Source: Eledone cirrhosa (lineage: Eukaryota). Taken from it: a stretch of DNA of 64,000 nt. The notes under the pieces were generated by a model. That model saw nothing but the letters and a program-made list of their open reading frames with translations, made no database searches and had not been told where the DNA came from. The stretch lies in assembly GCA_964016885.1 (NCBI GenBank), contig OZ024742.1:117242001-117306000 (forward strand). Direction: 5' to 3'. Position 1 is the stretch's first letter; each line of letters opens with the position of its first letter. Position numbers and translations under genes: made by a program. Shown here piece after piece: positions 11,329-24,034 of the stretch.

Positions 11329-11365
<37 letters not shown>

Positions 11366-12215
11366 GTGTATGTGAATGTTTATATGTAATCTTTGAAAAT
11401 ATAGAAAATATCGAACTGAACTGTGAACACTGATTAGAAAAAGCTATCTTGCTGCATTAGAAATTTTCTACATTTTCTAAGCATTGTAACTCACTCGACG
11501 CTCCTCTTATATTTACAAAATGATAGCTATCTATCTACATATCTTTCTATCTACCTATCTACGTATCTATCTATCTATCTATATATATATATATATACAC
11601 TCATACATATTGTATTAATTAAAATTGTATAAATATTACAATCATACACCGATCGATATCGATTTACATAAACAGAATGTCTTACTTAGATTTATATTTG
11701 CAACTAGGAAAGTTATAAATCAATATAACTGTTCATTGGTAAATTCCTCTTCAATGGAAGACATTATTGTGATTGAATTGTTTCAGTTTCTTTGGTGTAT
11801 TACAAAGACAACTTTTAAAATCTCTGTAAAAGGAAAAAAAAATGAATCCAAACAATTTTTTAAATGATTGTACAATCTATTTTGTAATCATGAAAGCAGA
11901 TACTATTTGAAACAAAGAATTTCAATGAAGATAAAAATAAAAGGCAAAATAGAAATTCTCATACATTTATCATGAAGAGTTAAAAATGGATTTCTCTATA
12001 CATAAAGAAAGTTACAAGAACATTATATCCCCTGTATTTAAATAGTTTTAACCAATTGCCTTTGATTTTGCCTTAATGAGACATCATTCATATTGAAATG
12101 GAAAATATTCAAATATATAACAAGGTGCAGGCAAGATAGTGTGATTTAGAATTTCAGTAGCCATCCCACTGAGTATATATATCTCATTGTATATATATAT
12201 ATACATTCATACATA

Positions 12216-12260
<45 letters not shown>

Positions 12261-12435
12261 TATATATATACACATATACATATATATACCATATACATAT
12301 ATATATATATATACATACATATATATATATGAATGTATATATACTGTATTTTGCAATACACTGTATGCTTATTTAAAAGCATTTCGAAGACCTTATGCTA
12401 TTGTTTTAGAGTAGTGACAGACTCACTTACTTTAA

Positions 12436-12528
12436 TTTTCAGCAAACAGGGGAGATAAAGCTGACAGGGCCCTGTTTCGCATTTATTGATGCTTATCAAA
12501 ACCAACTACTCCTCCTGTTTGCTGAAAA
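12436..12528 (-). ncRNA. Diverged hammerhead of the same family (U3-A8)
   Basis: GGUU UUGAUAA GCAU-CAAUAA-AUGC GAAA CAGGGCCCUG UC AGCU; compensatory changes in all three stems; lies in family fragment 12340-12558. Confidence 0.83.
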
Positions 12529-12724
12529 CAATAGCATAAGGTCTTCGAAATGCTTTTGTTATCTTGTGTTACCTTTTCAACATATTGTATATATACATAT
12601 ATATATATACATATATATATATATACATAAATACATATATATATATACATATATACATATATATACATATATACATATATATATATACATATATATTTAT
12701 ATATATACATATATATATATATAT

Positions 12725-12760
<36 letters not shown>

Positions 12761-12763
<3 letters not shown>

Positions 12764-12877
12764 CGAGTAGGACCCCGACGGCTGAGCTCAAGCCGTTTCG
12801 ACGGCTAATTCTGGACTCAGAGTCCAGAATTAGCTGTCGAAACGGCTTGAGCTCAGCCGTCGGGGTCCTACTCGTTC
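12761..12877. repeat. 117-bp palindrome (58-bp arms, 1-nt centre, one mismatch) containing a hammerhead 3' half
   Basis: Centre CTGGACTC A GAGTCCAG; each arm carries GAAA CGGCT-TGAGCTC-AGCCG TC. Confidence 0.92.
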
Positions 12878-12958
12878 CTATTACTCACTCTACTACCCTA
12901 AGTATTGAGTACTTTGGTGCGTTATGGTCCACCTGGTTCCTTACCACATTTCCTTCGT

Positions 12959-13056
<98 letters not shown>

Positions 13057-13111
13057 AATATTAAAACAATGAAATTAAACAAAAAACGGTTAATTCATAG
13101 TAAAACTCAAT

Positions 13112-13240
13112 ATTTTACGATCGTTTCTGGGGGGTAGTTCCCCGTATGTCCATTCTATTATTGATCTATGTAAAATATATTACAAAATATCATAGTAAGA
13201 AAATATACATATGTCTTCACTACCCGCCGTCTTCACAACA
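13112..13240 (-). ncRNA. Degenerate type I hammerhead with long stem II insertion
   Basis: gTGAAGA CGGCGGGTAG...CTACCCCCCA GAAA CGATCG TA; palindromic stem III; C3 mutated. Confidence 0.5.
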
Positions 13241-13481
13241 TCTTCTACATATGGATTACATTGAGTTCTTCATACGGTTTAGACCCTACCATTAATTGGT
13301 GGATTTATCTGTATATATATATTGTTATACTTGGGGAGGGTCATATTTGTGTAATAATATTGCCAGAATTAATAACAGAACACACTCACTGTTTGGTTGG
13401 TTTTCGCTTCTGTGTCTTTTATATCGGTTAATTTAATTTATTCGGTCCTCAATGTTGCCATTGACTGACCAACGGTCAAAA

Positions 13482-13622
<141 letters not shown>

Positions 13623-14714
13623 ATAGAGGAAAGTATAACCCTGAGCATGATGCCTAGTGATTTTGGCTTGTAATTGGCTAGCCTTTTCAAGGGTCACCCT
13701 TCTCATATAGTACTCTATTGATTTGTGCTCTCCTCTGTCTCAGCACTGCAGATTTTATATATATAAAATACAAATAATCTTAAAAGCCATACAAAGCAGT
13801 AGAAAATAAAGGTGCCAAGACAACGACAGTATTTTGCCTTAGAAAATTTAATAATCCCAAATATTTTGGGGTTTAAAAACCCATTATCATGGGATGAGTT
13901 GCACAAACCATCTTGTTTAATACTCTGTTTAACTTAGCGTTTTTTATAATTGACTTAGTTCACAAAGCTTGGTTTGGGGCTGAGCTCTGCAGTGTTTCAG
14001 TTTCCCTTTTTAGATCACTGTGGGAGAGCCAATGCCAAAACTTTTCAGTCATTAATTCAGACATTTCTCATTCAACTTAACAATGTAATGTCTTTCCAAA
14101 TTCTACTTCCCTTTTTCTTAACAGAGAGATATCTCTTAAGCTCCAATTTGTCTTCCATCCTTCCCTTCTATAGACCTATTACTGTTGGAGCATCTGTTGA
14201 ATTGTTTCATTGCTATCTATCAGGTGATAATTAATGGCTTGCCTCTCTTTCTTGATATATTCTGGAACACTTATCAGCCCACTTCCTACTTTTCACATCC
14301 AGCAAATTTAAACAACATAATATTTTATGCATGGTCATCATTTTCTTGTTCTGCTGAATATGTCATCAACCAGAGTTCACTTGAGGATCCCAGCATTGTA
14401 CCATACCTCAGATGCTGCTCAGATGGTTACAGCATCAATCAAGTTTGCAGGCAATTTGGACTGTTATTGAAATATTATTTCAGTGCTTGATTACTGTCCT
14501 GTGAGTAGCCAGGTTTACTCTCATTTTCAGGAACTGGATCATAGTAATGCACAGAGATGGCACCTGCTTGGTAGACAAAGTAATCAGCCACCTCTCAGAA
14601 CTGCTTCATAACGAGTGCTCATTCTACCAGGGATAGCTTTTCTCCCTGCTTCACCAATGTCCTGGCTCTTCAGCCACTGCTCTGGAAGTTCAAGCTGTCA
14701 AGAGCCCCATTTTT

Positions 14715-14885
14715 GTAACTGGGATACAGTGTCAACATATACAGATGACATCACCATAATAGTGACAGACACTACAGAATTGGAGGTGGTTGACACCACT
14801 CTAAAGGACTCTAAGGTGGAGGCAGGAGTAAAGATCAATCCAGATAAGTTTGTAGGCTTGTGGTTTGGTGCCTGGAAAGGCAAGT
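14715..14885 (+). mobile_element. L1/Tx1-type RT fragment
   Basis: VSTYTDDITIIV...AGVKINPDKFVGLWFGAWK resembles the YADD and KIN..KS..L..G.W motifs of Tx1 RT. Confidence 0.7.
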
Positions 14886-15440
14886 CCATGCTGTCAGACA
14901 GTGTCTTCTTGCTTCATATTTACTACAACAGCCATGGCTGGTCTCAGGTCACCTTCATTCGTGCTTCTACATCTATTCCTTTCTTCTCTCATGATCCATA
15001 TTGCACCCTCCCTCATTATTCTACACTAACCATAATGGTGGAGTGACCATTATCACGACAGTATTAATAAGTAACAGAAGATAAAAAACACTAAAACATT
15101 TATTAAATTAGTTTGCACAGTATTTAGGAAGGGAGACAGAGATATTTAATATTGTCTAGTCATTGATAAAAGAAATAATAAAAATCTTAGTAGCAAATAT
15201 ATAATTTTTACCAGTTAAAAAGATGTTTGTGTTCAAATGTTTCTGTGATGAGCTTTATAATTATAAATTTAGCTTCTCACAACTATCCTAAAGACTATTA
15301 GTAATGGCAATCTAAGCATCTTATATTAAAAATCACCTTTAATTAGAAAAACATAATTATAATACTAGTGGATTTAATTCTGTGATGTTCATTGATAAAC
15401 TGAATCAGTTTCCAATATATTAAGTCATCAATAAACTCAC

Positions 15441-15514
15441 TTGAAAAAATAATTGATCGAAGATGCAGCAGGATTCAGAACAGCAACATCAGTGTAATAC
15501 TAACTAGCCATGCA
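15441..15514 (-). pseudogene. Candidate exon D
   Basis: aatag acceptor, gtgagt donor; CMAS*YYTDVAVLNPAASSINYFF; phase 0 in, phase 2 out; 82-nt intron to exon C. Confidence 0.55.
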
Positions 15515-15596
15515 CTATTGAACAGATTTAAATGACAAACATTATGTTAATGCAACAAAATCTATAAATATCCATGATTATGATGCTATACGTTAC

Positions 15597-15717
15597 CTCT
15601 GATTTTTGAAATGTTCTATATTCTGCCATTAATTTTTTTTTAATTTCATCAATGATCTCCTCACCATTATCATAATATTTTATCTGTAGTTTCAAGTGTT
15701 TCAAGAATGTTAAATTC
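15597..15717 (-). CDS. Candidate exon C (open frame) of an unidentified minus-strand gene
   Basis: cag acceptor, gtaacg donor; NLTFLKHLKLQIKYYDNGEEIIDEIKKKLMAEYRTFQKSE; phases match exons B and D. Confidence 0.55.
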
Positions 15718-16562
15718 CTGAGTATTCATTTAGCATTTACATATTTATATAAAGATAAAGTAGTTTACTCTGTAAAAACTCCACTGAAGATGATAAGGAT
15801 TTCATCAATCTATATAACAATAGAAAAGTTTTCTCAGCAGAGCTCTTCAGCTAGAGAACAGGTCATTTCTTGTCAGAGCTGTTTTGCTTGGGAGTTGGTT
15901 ACAGGTGGCAGATAGCAATATAGCCTTCAGATAATATGGTTAGTTTTGAGATGTGAGCTTCTGCTGGATGAATAAGCAACCATAGACCAAATAGTGGTAA
16001 GCTACTAGGGGAGATGGAGTACTGGGTTGCACCCAGGAAAAGTCTCACAACCAGCGCCAGCTAAAGTTATGGGACCAGTATTAAGATGGTAATGTATGAT
16101 TTGTGAGAGGCTGCATTTTCCATCAGTTTCAGCAGTCATATAATGGCTACCTAGAGACTACAGGCAGAGAAATGAGGGTAACATGTCTGTAGAGACACGT
16201 GTTATATATTTCTATTTGGACTGAAACATTTACATATATGGTGAGAATTTTCACAAAGTTATAAAATTGAGACTTAATCATGTAAGTCTAAGAAACACTA
16301 GCTCATAAACATTGAAGAGACTAATTACTACTACATTCAGATTTTGTAAATGAATAAATAGTGATACCATTTATACAAGAAACGAATTGAGTATGAATTG
16401 GAATTTCCGACAAAAAAATAAGAATAAATATCTGAGATGAGTTGATTATAAAATTATAATTTTTCACACTAATAACCTCAACTTTAGAGAATAAAAATAT
16501 GTAATATTTACATTAACACTATTTCCATTGGTTTGATCTCCAGTCATCACTAGGTGTCTTAC

Positions 16563-16620
16563 TGTGTACATAGTATCAGACAGTTGATAACAAGCAGAGA
16601 TCAAACAAGCTTATGAAAAC
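16563..16620 (-). pseudogene. Candidate exon B
   Basis: cag acceptor, gtaag donor; (G)FHKLV*SLLVINCLILCT(Q); phase 1 in, phase 2 out. Confidence 0.5.
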
Positions 16621-17764
16621 CTGATGTAGATGTAAATATTTAAAGAGAATTTTACATCTAAAGAAAAAGTTAACAGTAAAAAAAAGTATAATCTGAAAAA
16701 ATGTAGATTTTAAATCAGTATTGAATATTTATTCATCAGCATATACTGTTATGCATGACCGTGAAAGTAATCAAAATAATGGTATAATTTTGAGATCTAG
16801 TCAAATAAAAACCATTATAAGGAAAAATCAGTCACTAGTTTATTTAAATAACTACTTACTGTTTTTGTTGTTTTTTTTAGGCCAGGGTCCCATTTGGGCT
16901 AAAATAAGTTTGTATTTGGGTCTTTTACTAGTTAATATTAATGGGAGTTGCATACACTTCCTGCAGAATGCAGTATCTCCCTAACTGAGGGGCGCAACAC
17001 TTGTATATGTCGTGATCAGAGCTGACAAAGCTGAAGCCACACTTATCCGAGAGCACCAATCTATTGAGGTTTGTAATTACTAAGTACCGACACACTACAT
17101 GTAGATATAAATATTTAAAAAATATTTACATCTAAAGAAAAGGTTTATAGCAAAAAAAGTATAATCTGAAAATTGTAAATTTTATTGTAGATGAGCGTAA
17201 TCCAACTGAGGATGGCAACCAATGTTCTATAGTTTGCCAAATGGTAATCTCCTTTGGGTCCAAGGCTTCATATTCTTAACATATTCACACCTAACTTTTA
17301 TATCTATCTGAAGGCCATTCCTCTATCCTTCACCATCAGACTCAATACAACTACCAATATATTTAACTTCTAGATAAAACACTAACAGGTACTGCAACTC
17401 TGAGTCCAAATGAACCTAGAAGTAATAGCAACAAAGGAGTTACACCACACTCTCCATAACCCAAAGACTAGTCTCCTATACCCCAGACTCACCACTCGAT
17501 GCAGTTTAGTGTTATACCTTGGAGGTTTAATAAGTTTAAAGAAAAGTTTTACATCATTGAATTATGAAATTTTTGAACACAAATAAGCAATGCAAGATTT
17601 TTAAAAATGGAAAACAATTTATCTTGGTATAATCGTATTAGCTATTTAAATGTGCACACAGACACACATAAATATATACTAGCACAATTCACTATCTTAC
17701 AGATAAGATATTTGTCTGTGTATCTATATAGAATCAGACATAGATAGAAGAGAGAGAGGGAGGC

Positions 17765-17797
<33 letters not shown>

Positions 17798-17799
17798 CT

Positions 17800-18500
17800 A
17801 ACGATACCTTCTGGTGAGACAACTACAGGAGAGGTACTTAGCGAAGAGTAAGCCACGTTTTCCAGCATTTGTAGATCTGGAGAAAGCCTTCAACAGAGTT
17901 TCATGCTCTATAATCTGGTGGGCACTTAGGAAGCTAGGTGTAGATGAATGGCTTGTGATGGCTGTGCAGGCCATGTATAGTGAAGCAGCCAGCAGAGTGA
18001 GAGTTGGCAATGAGTATAGTGATGAATTTGAAATGAAAGTGGGGATTCACCAGGGATCAGTCCTCACTCAATCTTTTTTTTTATTGTTCTTTGGGCCATC
18101 ACTGAAGAGTTTAAAACTTTCACTTCATGGAAGCTCCCATTTTCTGATACACACTCATCATAGCTGAATTTTTAAGAGAGTTAGAGGCAAAATTTCAGTC
18201 ATGGAAGAAGTACCAACATTGAGAAGCTTAAACGTAAACTTAGCAGATACGAAAGTCTTAATAATTAGGAAAGAAGATAGCAGGGTTATACCATACTAGT
18301 TCAATATGGTAGAAGATGGTAGGCAGAAATTCTATAAAGTACACACAATGTAATATATGGAGGGACAAGAGATGTAGTGGGATAGACTTTATTTGTGACA
18401 GATGCCCAAGGTAAGTGAGCACAAAGAGCACACTTGAATTAAAATCCTTCAGTTGCCAAGGAGGCTCCCAAAAAATTGTTGACAGCTTTTGCTTCCTTGA
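17800..18500 (+). mobile_element. Old RTE RT fragment
   Basis: RQLQERYLAKSKP..AFVDLEKAFNRV..IWWALRKLGVDEWL..VGIHQGSVL. Confidence 0.88.
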
Positions 18501-19189
18501 CTAGCACTCCCTAGCAGCTATCCTTACCATCATTACATTCCCCTTCCTGTATTCATCCCTTAGCTGCTGTCTCCCTGCTGCCGAGCATCACTCTTTAGCT
18601 ACTCTCTCCATCACTACACTTCCCCATCCCGTTTCTGGCACTGAGTGTTCTTAACGCCAAGAGAAAGAAGAAAATGGGTCAAGAGGACCCTTCAGTCATG
18701 CCACTTCATGGCAATCTCTCTAGTGTTGGTGATTTACATGATAAACACACCCACTACACGCTGCAAAGTAGTTGGTGATAGGAAGGACATCCAGCTATAG
18801 AAAGCTTACCAAACAAAGAGTTGGGAATAACATTGTCATGTCAAGGACATGACAGCCTTCCTAGTGTTGGTAACCTACATGATAAACACACTCAGTACAT
18901 GCTGCAAAGTGGTTGGTGATAGGAATGACATCTAGTTCTGGAAAGCTTTTCAAACTTATTCATTGTTTCTGAGGAAGATGATGAGATGTAGAAGATGATG
19001 AGACTAGAAATAGGTGTGACATAACCACTAGCTATTAGTCAATACATCCATTTACTATGATCAATCAACTTTCTCAAATGATTGTAAAACAATGAACTAA
19101 TTAAGAACCTCTCTTTGATTTTTGTTTTATTTTCATTGTTCAGTACATACACACACAGACATTCACACACACACATATGTATATATATA

Positions 19190-19500
19190 TATAAAGTGGT
19201 CATGATGGTGACACGACAAAAAGCGCCCAGCCCACACTGTAAAGGAGTCGTAGAGGTGACACCACAAAAAGCAGCCACTCCACACTGTAAAGTGGTCATA
19301 GAGGTGTCACAACAAAAAGCACCCAGTCCACATTGTAAAGTGGTTAGGAAGGCATCTAGCTGTAGAAACAAGGCCAAAATCATTTCTGTATGAGTAAGAC
19401 ATGGCCACCTGACCTGGCATTACTTGCATTGGGACACCTCGTCTAACCCATGCTAGCATGGAAAAATAGACATTAAACGGTGACGATGATGATGATGATA
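19190..19500 (+). mobile_element. RTE-type 3' UTR module with 48-nt tandem units
   Basis: TAAAG unit starts at 19192, 19240, 19288 and 19336; (GAT)n tail. Confidence 0.85.
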
Positions 19501-19547
19501 TATTATATATGTGTGTGTTTAATACAACCATATTGTTGCTTTCTACT

Positions 19548-19579
<32 letters not shown>

Positions 19580-19905
19580 GGAGGCACATGGCTTAGTGGC
19601 CTTGCAATCGAAAGGTTGTGAGTTCAATTCTCAGACTGGGTGATGTGTTGTTTCCTTGAGCAAGACACTTTATTTCACATTGCTCCAGTTTACTCAGCTG
19701 TAGAAATGAGATGATAGGGACTAGGGTCCCTATCATTCCATTGCAAAGTGGTCGTGGAGGTGCCACGGCAAAAAAGCACCCAGCACTCACTGTAAATGAG
19801 GTTGGTGTTAGGAAGGGCATCCAGTTGTAGAAATCAAGCCAGAATCAGTTCTCGTCCCACCCTTGCAAGCAGGGAAAAGTGGACGTAAAGTGATGATGAT
19901 GATGA
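19580..19905 (+). mobile_element. tRNA-derived SINE with RTE tail
   Basis: Copy of 3828-4170 with a small deletion in the head. Confidence 0.88.
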
Positions 19906-20159
19906 TAAAATACTGGACGTTCTGCTATCTTAAAGTGAAGGATCATCAAACTTGATATTTATAGAAAACATCTTCTCCATATAAATACTCTTATTCTAAT
20001 ATACAATTTTACAAGCATTTTTATAACCTTACTTAAATATTGACGCACAGATACACACATACACACATTCATAAATTTATAATAATGCATAGACAGTGAT
20101 ATATATACATGAACTTACAAGCACAATCTCAAACAGACATATATAATAATATATAAATT

Positions 20160-20552
20160 TCTTTATTAGCCACAAGGGCACAAAAGAAGGGGACAAATAC
20201 AAATGGGGAGTTTACATACAGGTATATGAAAATAAAACTATTAATAAAATAACAAATAACAATTAAAATCCCCAATAAGGGGGAGGCATTACACAGGGGT
20301 TGTACACACCCCGAAAAAAATGTACAACCCTCACCTCCAGGAGCACCAAGAGTGAGTACTCCCTTCCTCTCTTTCCTCAACTGACAGGCTTATATAGAGA
20401 GAAAGCCAAACCACTCGGGCCATCTTTGCCACATTCACCCACCTTTTATAAAATTTGCTGGGGTACAGCACCTCTCTCTCCATCCTGATTCTTCTTCCAA
20501 AATGATATTTGAAAAAACAAATCAGTTATTTGCCGGAGAGAAAGGTGTCTGA
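20160..20552 (-). mobile_element. Tx1-like LINE 3' end
   Basis: Minus strand reads LICFFKYHFGRRIRMEREVL..KFYKRWVNVAKMARV, then 3' UTR ending CCCTTGTGGCTAATAAAGAAAT; same tail at 47505-47530. Confidence 0.6.
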
Positions 20553-20749
20553 CCTCATAATAATATATAGATAGAAATAGATATTTGATACCACCAAGGG
20601 TTTATGGAGAATTTATACCATTTTATTAACTTTGTTACATATCACCAGTACAAAAAAATATATATCGACAGGGATGTTTAAATCATTTTAGGGAGATAGC
20701 TATATGTGGAATTAAATCTCTATACAAATAATCAAGCTAAAAATAAAAA

Positions 20750-21204
20750 ATAATTGCCAGCCTTGTGCCTAAATTAGAAATCATTATTATATGGATTGGC
20801 AGTATCGGTAGAGGGTCGGACATCATGCTTTGACGCATAGAGTTACGGCCCTTGCCATTCTGAGTTCAAATCCCACCGAGGTTAACTTTGCCTTTCATCC
20901 TTACGGGGTCGATAAAATAAAGTACCAGTAATGCACTGGGATAATTGCTGGCCTTGTGCCAAAAAGTAGAAACAATTATTATATATCTGACAAGGATGGT
21001 GGATTGGCAGTATTGGTAGTGCATCAGACACCATTCTGTGTAGCCCTTTATGTTCTGAGTTTTCAAATCCCACCGTGGTTAGCTTTGCTTTTCATCTTTA
21101 CAGGGTCGATAAAATAAAGTACCAGTAACGAAATGGTTCGATTTAATTGGCTTTCCCCTTCCATCAAATTGATGGCCTTGTGCCTAAATCTGAAACCATT
21201 ATTA
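20750..21204 (+). mobile_element. Head-to-tail cluster of MetaSINE-like SINEs (3' remnant plus two copies)
   Basis: Copies at about 20792-20982 and 20995-21204 match 4576-4768. Confidence 0.82.
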
Positions 21205-21305
21205 TATATCTGATGTTGGTGGTGATTATGATAGTGATGAAAGGTAACCGAACCAAACTAATGGTAGAGATGTAAATATAATAAATAGTAAGTCAATAAA
21301 CTTAC

Positions 21306-21390
21306 CTATCACTTCTGAACATCTTGTGATATCCTCAATGGCTTTATCGATGATGTCCAAAACAATTGGCACCACATCTCTCTTCTACTC
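21306..21390 (-). pseudogene. Candidate exon A
   Basis: ttttgttatag acceptor, gtaagt donor; E*KRDVVPIVLDIIDKAIEDITRCSEVI; phase 1 out matches exon B. Confidence 0.55.
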
Positions 21391-21821
21391 CTATAACAAA
21401 ACATTGATTTTATCTTTATTTCAAATTTTTTTCCTATTTTTTACCCTCATGTTATTCTTATTTTTTTTATTTTTCACATTGGTATTGTTTTTGTTTTTTT
21501 CTAATTTATTCTTTTTTTTAAATTCTTTGTTGAATTGCTTTTTTTAATATTTTCTAATATTTTTTTTGTCTTTCAAAGAATGTTTGTTTAAACTTGCTTG
21601 ATAAACACTCCTCACAGTTCCTACCACCCACACCATCTCATAACTTCTCTTCAAATTGTGTAAAGATGAGCGGTGGGGTGGCAACTCTGTAGTTCCCTTA
21701 CCTGTGTATATGTGTGTGTGTTTTCATAATGAATGGTTGTGTATTTATATGTGTGTGTCAATGAGTGTTTGAATGTGTGAATGTACCAATGAATATTTGT
21801 AAGTATATATATATATATATA

Positions 21822-21883
<62 letters not shown>

Positions 21884-22604
21884 ATAGGTAAATGTGTATC
21901 TACAGTTACAGACAGTTCGCTGTTCTGAGCACTCAATGCTGTCACAATGATCTGTCTCATGTTGGGTTGTATTGCAGGGTTAACACATTCAGTTTGAATG
22001 TGTTTTGCACATATAAACTCACATATCTGATGAGATGTCAAGGCAGAGTAAGGCTCTAGTCATCAGGCTCCTCAGCTGATCAATATTGAAACAATTTAAT
22101 ATGCCAATAAAGTTTATATAAATGGTATAACATTGACTACATTCCAGCTTACTTTTATATAAGGGTAAGACTTGCTGAACACTCAAGCCAAAACCACTTG
22201 GTGCCATGGTCAGGATTTTACATATCTCTATACCTACTCTGCATCTCCACATGCATCAAGTACTCTCATGATTAGGGGTCTCCTCGGTGTCAACACTGCA
22301 GACCTTCTCTCTTTCTATATATATATAATAGTAATAGGTAAATAAAAATCCAAGGTGTAGAGCAACTCAAATCTGTAGGGCGAGTTTGAATATAATTATC
22401 CATGTCAGTTATTACAATGACACCATACTTTCCAGTTCATTTTCATTGGCACAGGTTGAAGAAGCTGGTCATCAATGATCAACGAAACGTACATACCTTG
22501 TATGGTGCCATTGTAGGAATTGACCTGAATAATTATATATCTATGTCTAGGGTGGGTAAAATTCCCAATTATATATCTATGTCTAGGGTGGGTAAAATTC
22601 CCAA

Positions 22605-22918
22605 AATCCATGGACGAGTTCTCTCCAGCGGTGTCTGTCCTTCATTATTGCTGCCATGTCCTGCATCTCCAAGAGACCAGTGTCTGTCCTTAGGGCATCA
22701 ACATATGTTAACCTTGGTGTTCCTCTTCCAGTGTGTCCATGCAGGGGCTCCCACAGGAGCACTGAGTGCAGAGTAAACTCTGGATGTCAGTGAGCATGTC
22801 CAGCTAACCTCAGTCTCCTCTGGGCTACTCTCGAGCTGACGTTTGGGAGGCTCCCATACAGCTCTGAGTTCTTCACCCTCAGTGTATACTGATTAATGTT
22901 CAGAGCCATCCTCAGCAT
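22605..22918 (-). mobile_element. RTE/RTE-X-like LINE ORF C-terminal fragment
   Basis: LRMALNI..NSELYGSLPNVSSRVAQRRLRLAGHA..LLWEP..GRG.PRLTYVDAL. Confidence 0.75.
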
Positions 22919-22954
22919 ATACACACCCACACACACACACACATATATATATAA

Positions 22955-23228
22955 TATGCATTGACATCCACCCACATATATTACGTATATTTATATATAT
23001 AAGCAAATATAGCACCAAGAACAATATAGACTTCAATGAGAAGAGAGTAAGAATTTATTGTCTGTGCCTGTTGTAATAGTCTACATATGCTGACTACTGA
23101 CTACAATATATATTGTTCAATCATATGCAATACTTAATTATTTTTTACACATCTTCAGAAAGCTTATTATATCAACATCATCATCATCATCTTTGTTTAA
23201 CATCCATTTTCCACACTAGCATGGGTTA

Positions 23229-23281
<53 letters not shown>

Positions 23282-23664
23282 TCATCATCATCATTTTACG
23301 TCCGCTCTTCCCTGCTTGCAAGGGTTATATATATATATATCGAGACACGGTCACCCGATCAGTCTTGCCTCAAGTGGGACAACTCCCGTCTAACCCATGC
23401 TAGAGTGGAAAATGGATGTTAAACAAAGATGATGATGATGATGATGATATAATAACCTTTCTGAAGATGTGTGAAAAATAATTAAGTATTGCATATGATT
23501 GAACAATATATATTGTAGTCAGTAGTCAGCATATGTAGACTATTACAACAGGCACAGACAATAAATTCTTACTCTCTTCTCATTGAAGTCTATATTGTTC
23601 TTGGTGCTATATTTGCTTATATATATAAATATACGTAATATATGTGGGTGGATGTCAATGCATA
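22955..23664. repeat. Inverted duplication, 277-bp arms (22955-23231 and 23388-23664), 156-bp spacer
   Basis: Arms are reverse complements with a handful of mismatches; inner ends are an RTE 3' tail. Confidence 0.92.
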
Positions 23665-23849
23665 GTAATATACATGCATATATGCATATATGAATGTCCA
23701 AGCATATACATACACACGCACACACACACAAGTTTAAAGTGCACAAGACATACTCTGTATGTCACCGCACCACCCCTAGGAGCTACAGAACCATACATAA
23801 ATAGATAGATATATATAATCTGTGTATATACAGATATCTGATATACATT

Positions 23850-23916
<67 letters not shown>

Positions 23917-23971
23917 TTGTAATAAAATGAAAACGAAATTTCATTTCTCACTCTTATACATACATATTTAC

Positions 23972-24034
<63 letters not shown>

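Larger units (their letters stand above)
10297..11340 (-). repeat. Tandem array of 316-bp hammerhead-containing units (about 2.7 copies) plus a partial inverted copy; retrozyme or PLE pseudo-LTR-like
   Basis: Unit starts TTAGAATTGGAGCT at 10297, 10613 and 10929; near-identical; inverted copy 11163-11340. Confidence 0.92.

Noticed and set aside
19190-19350. CRISPR-like regularly spaced repeats
   Set aside because: Whole 48-nt units are homologous with no unique spacers; eukaryotic retroelement 3' UTR; no cas genes
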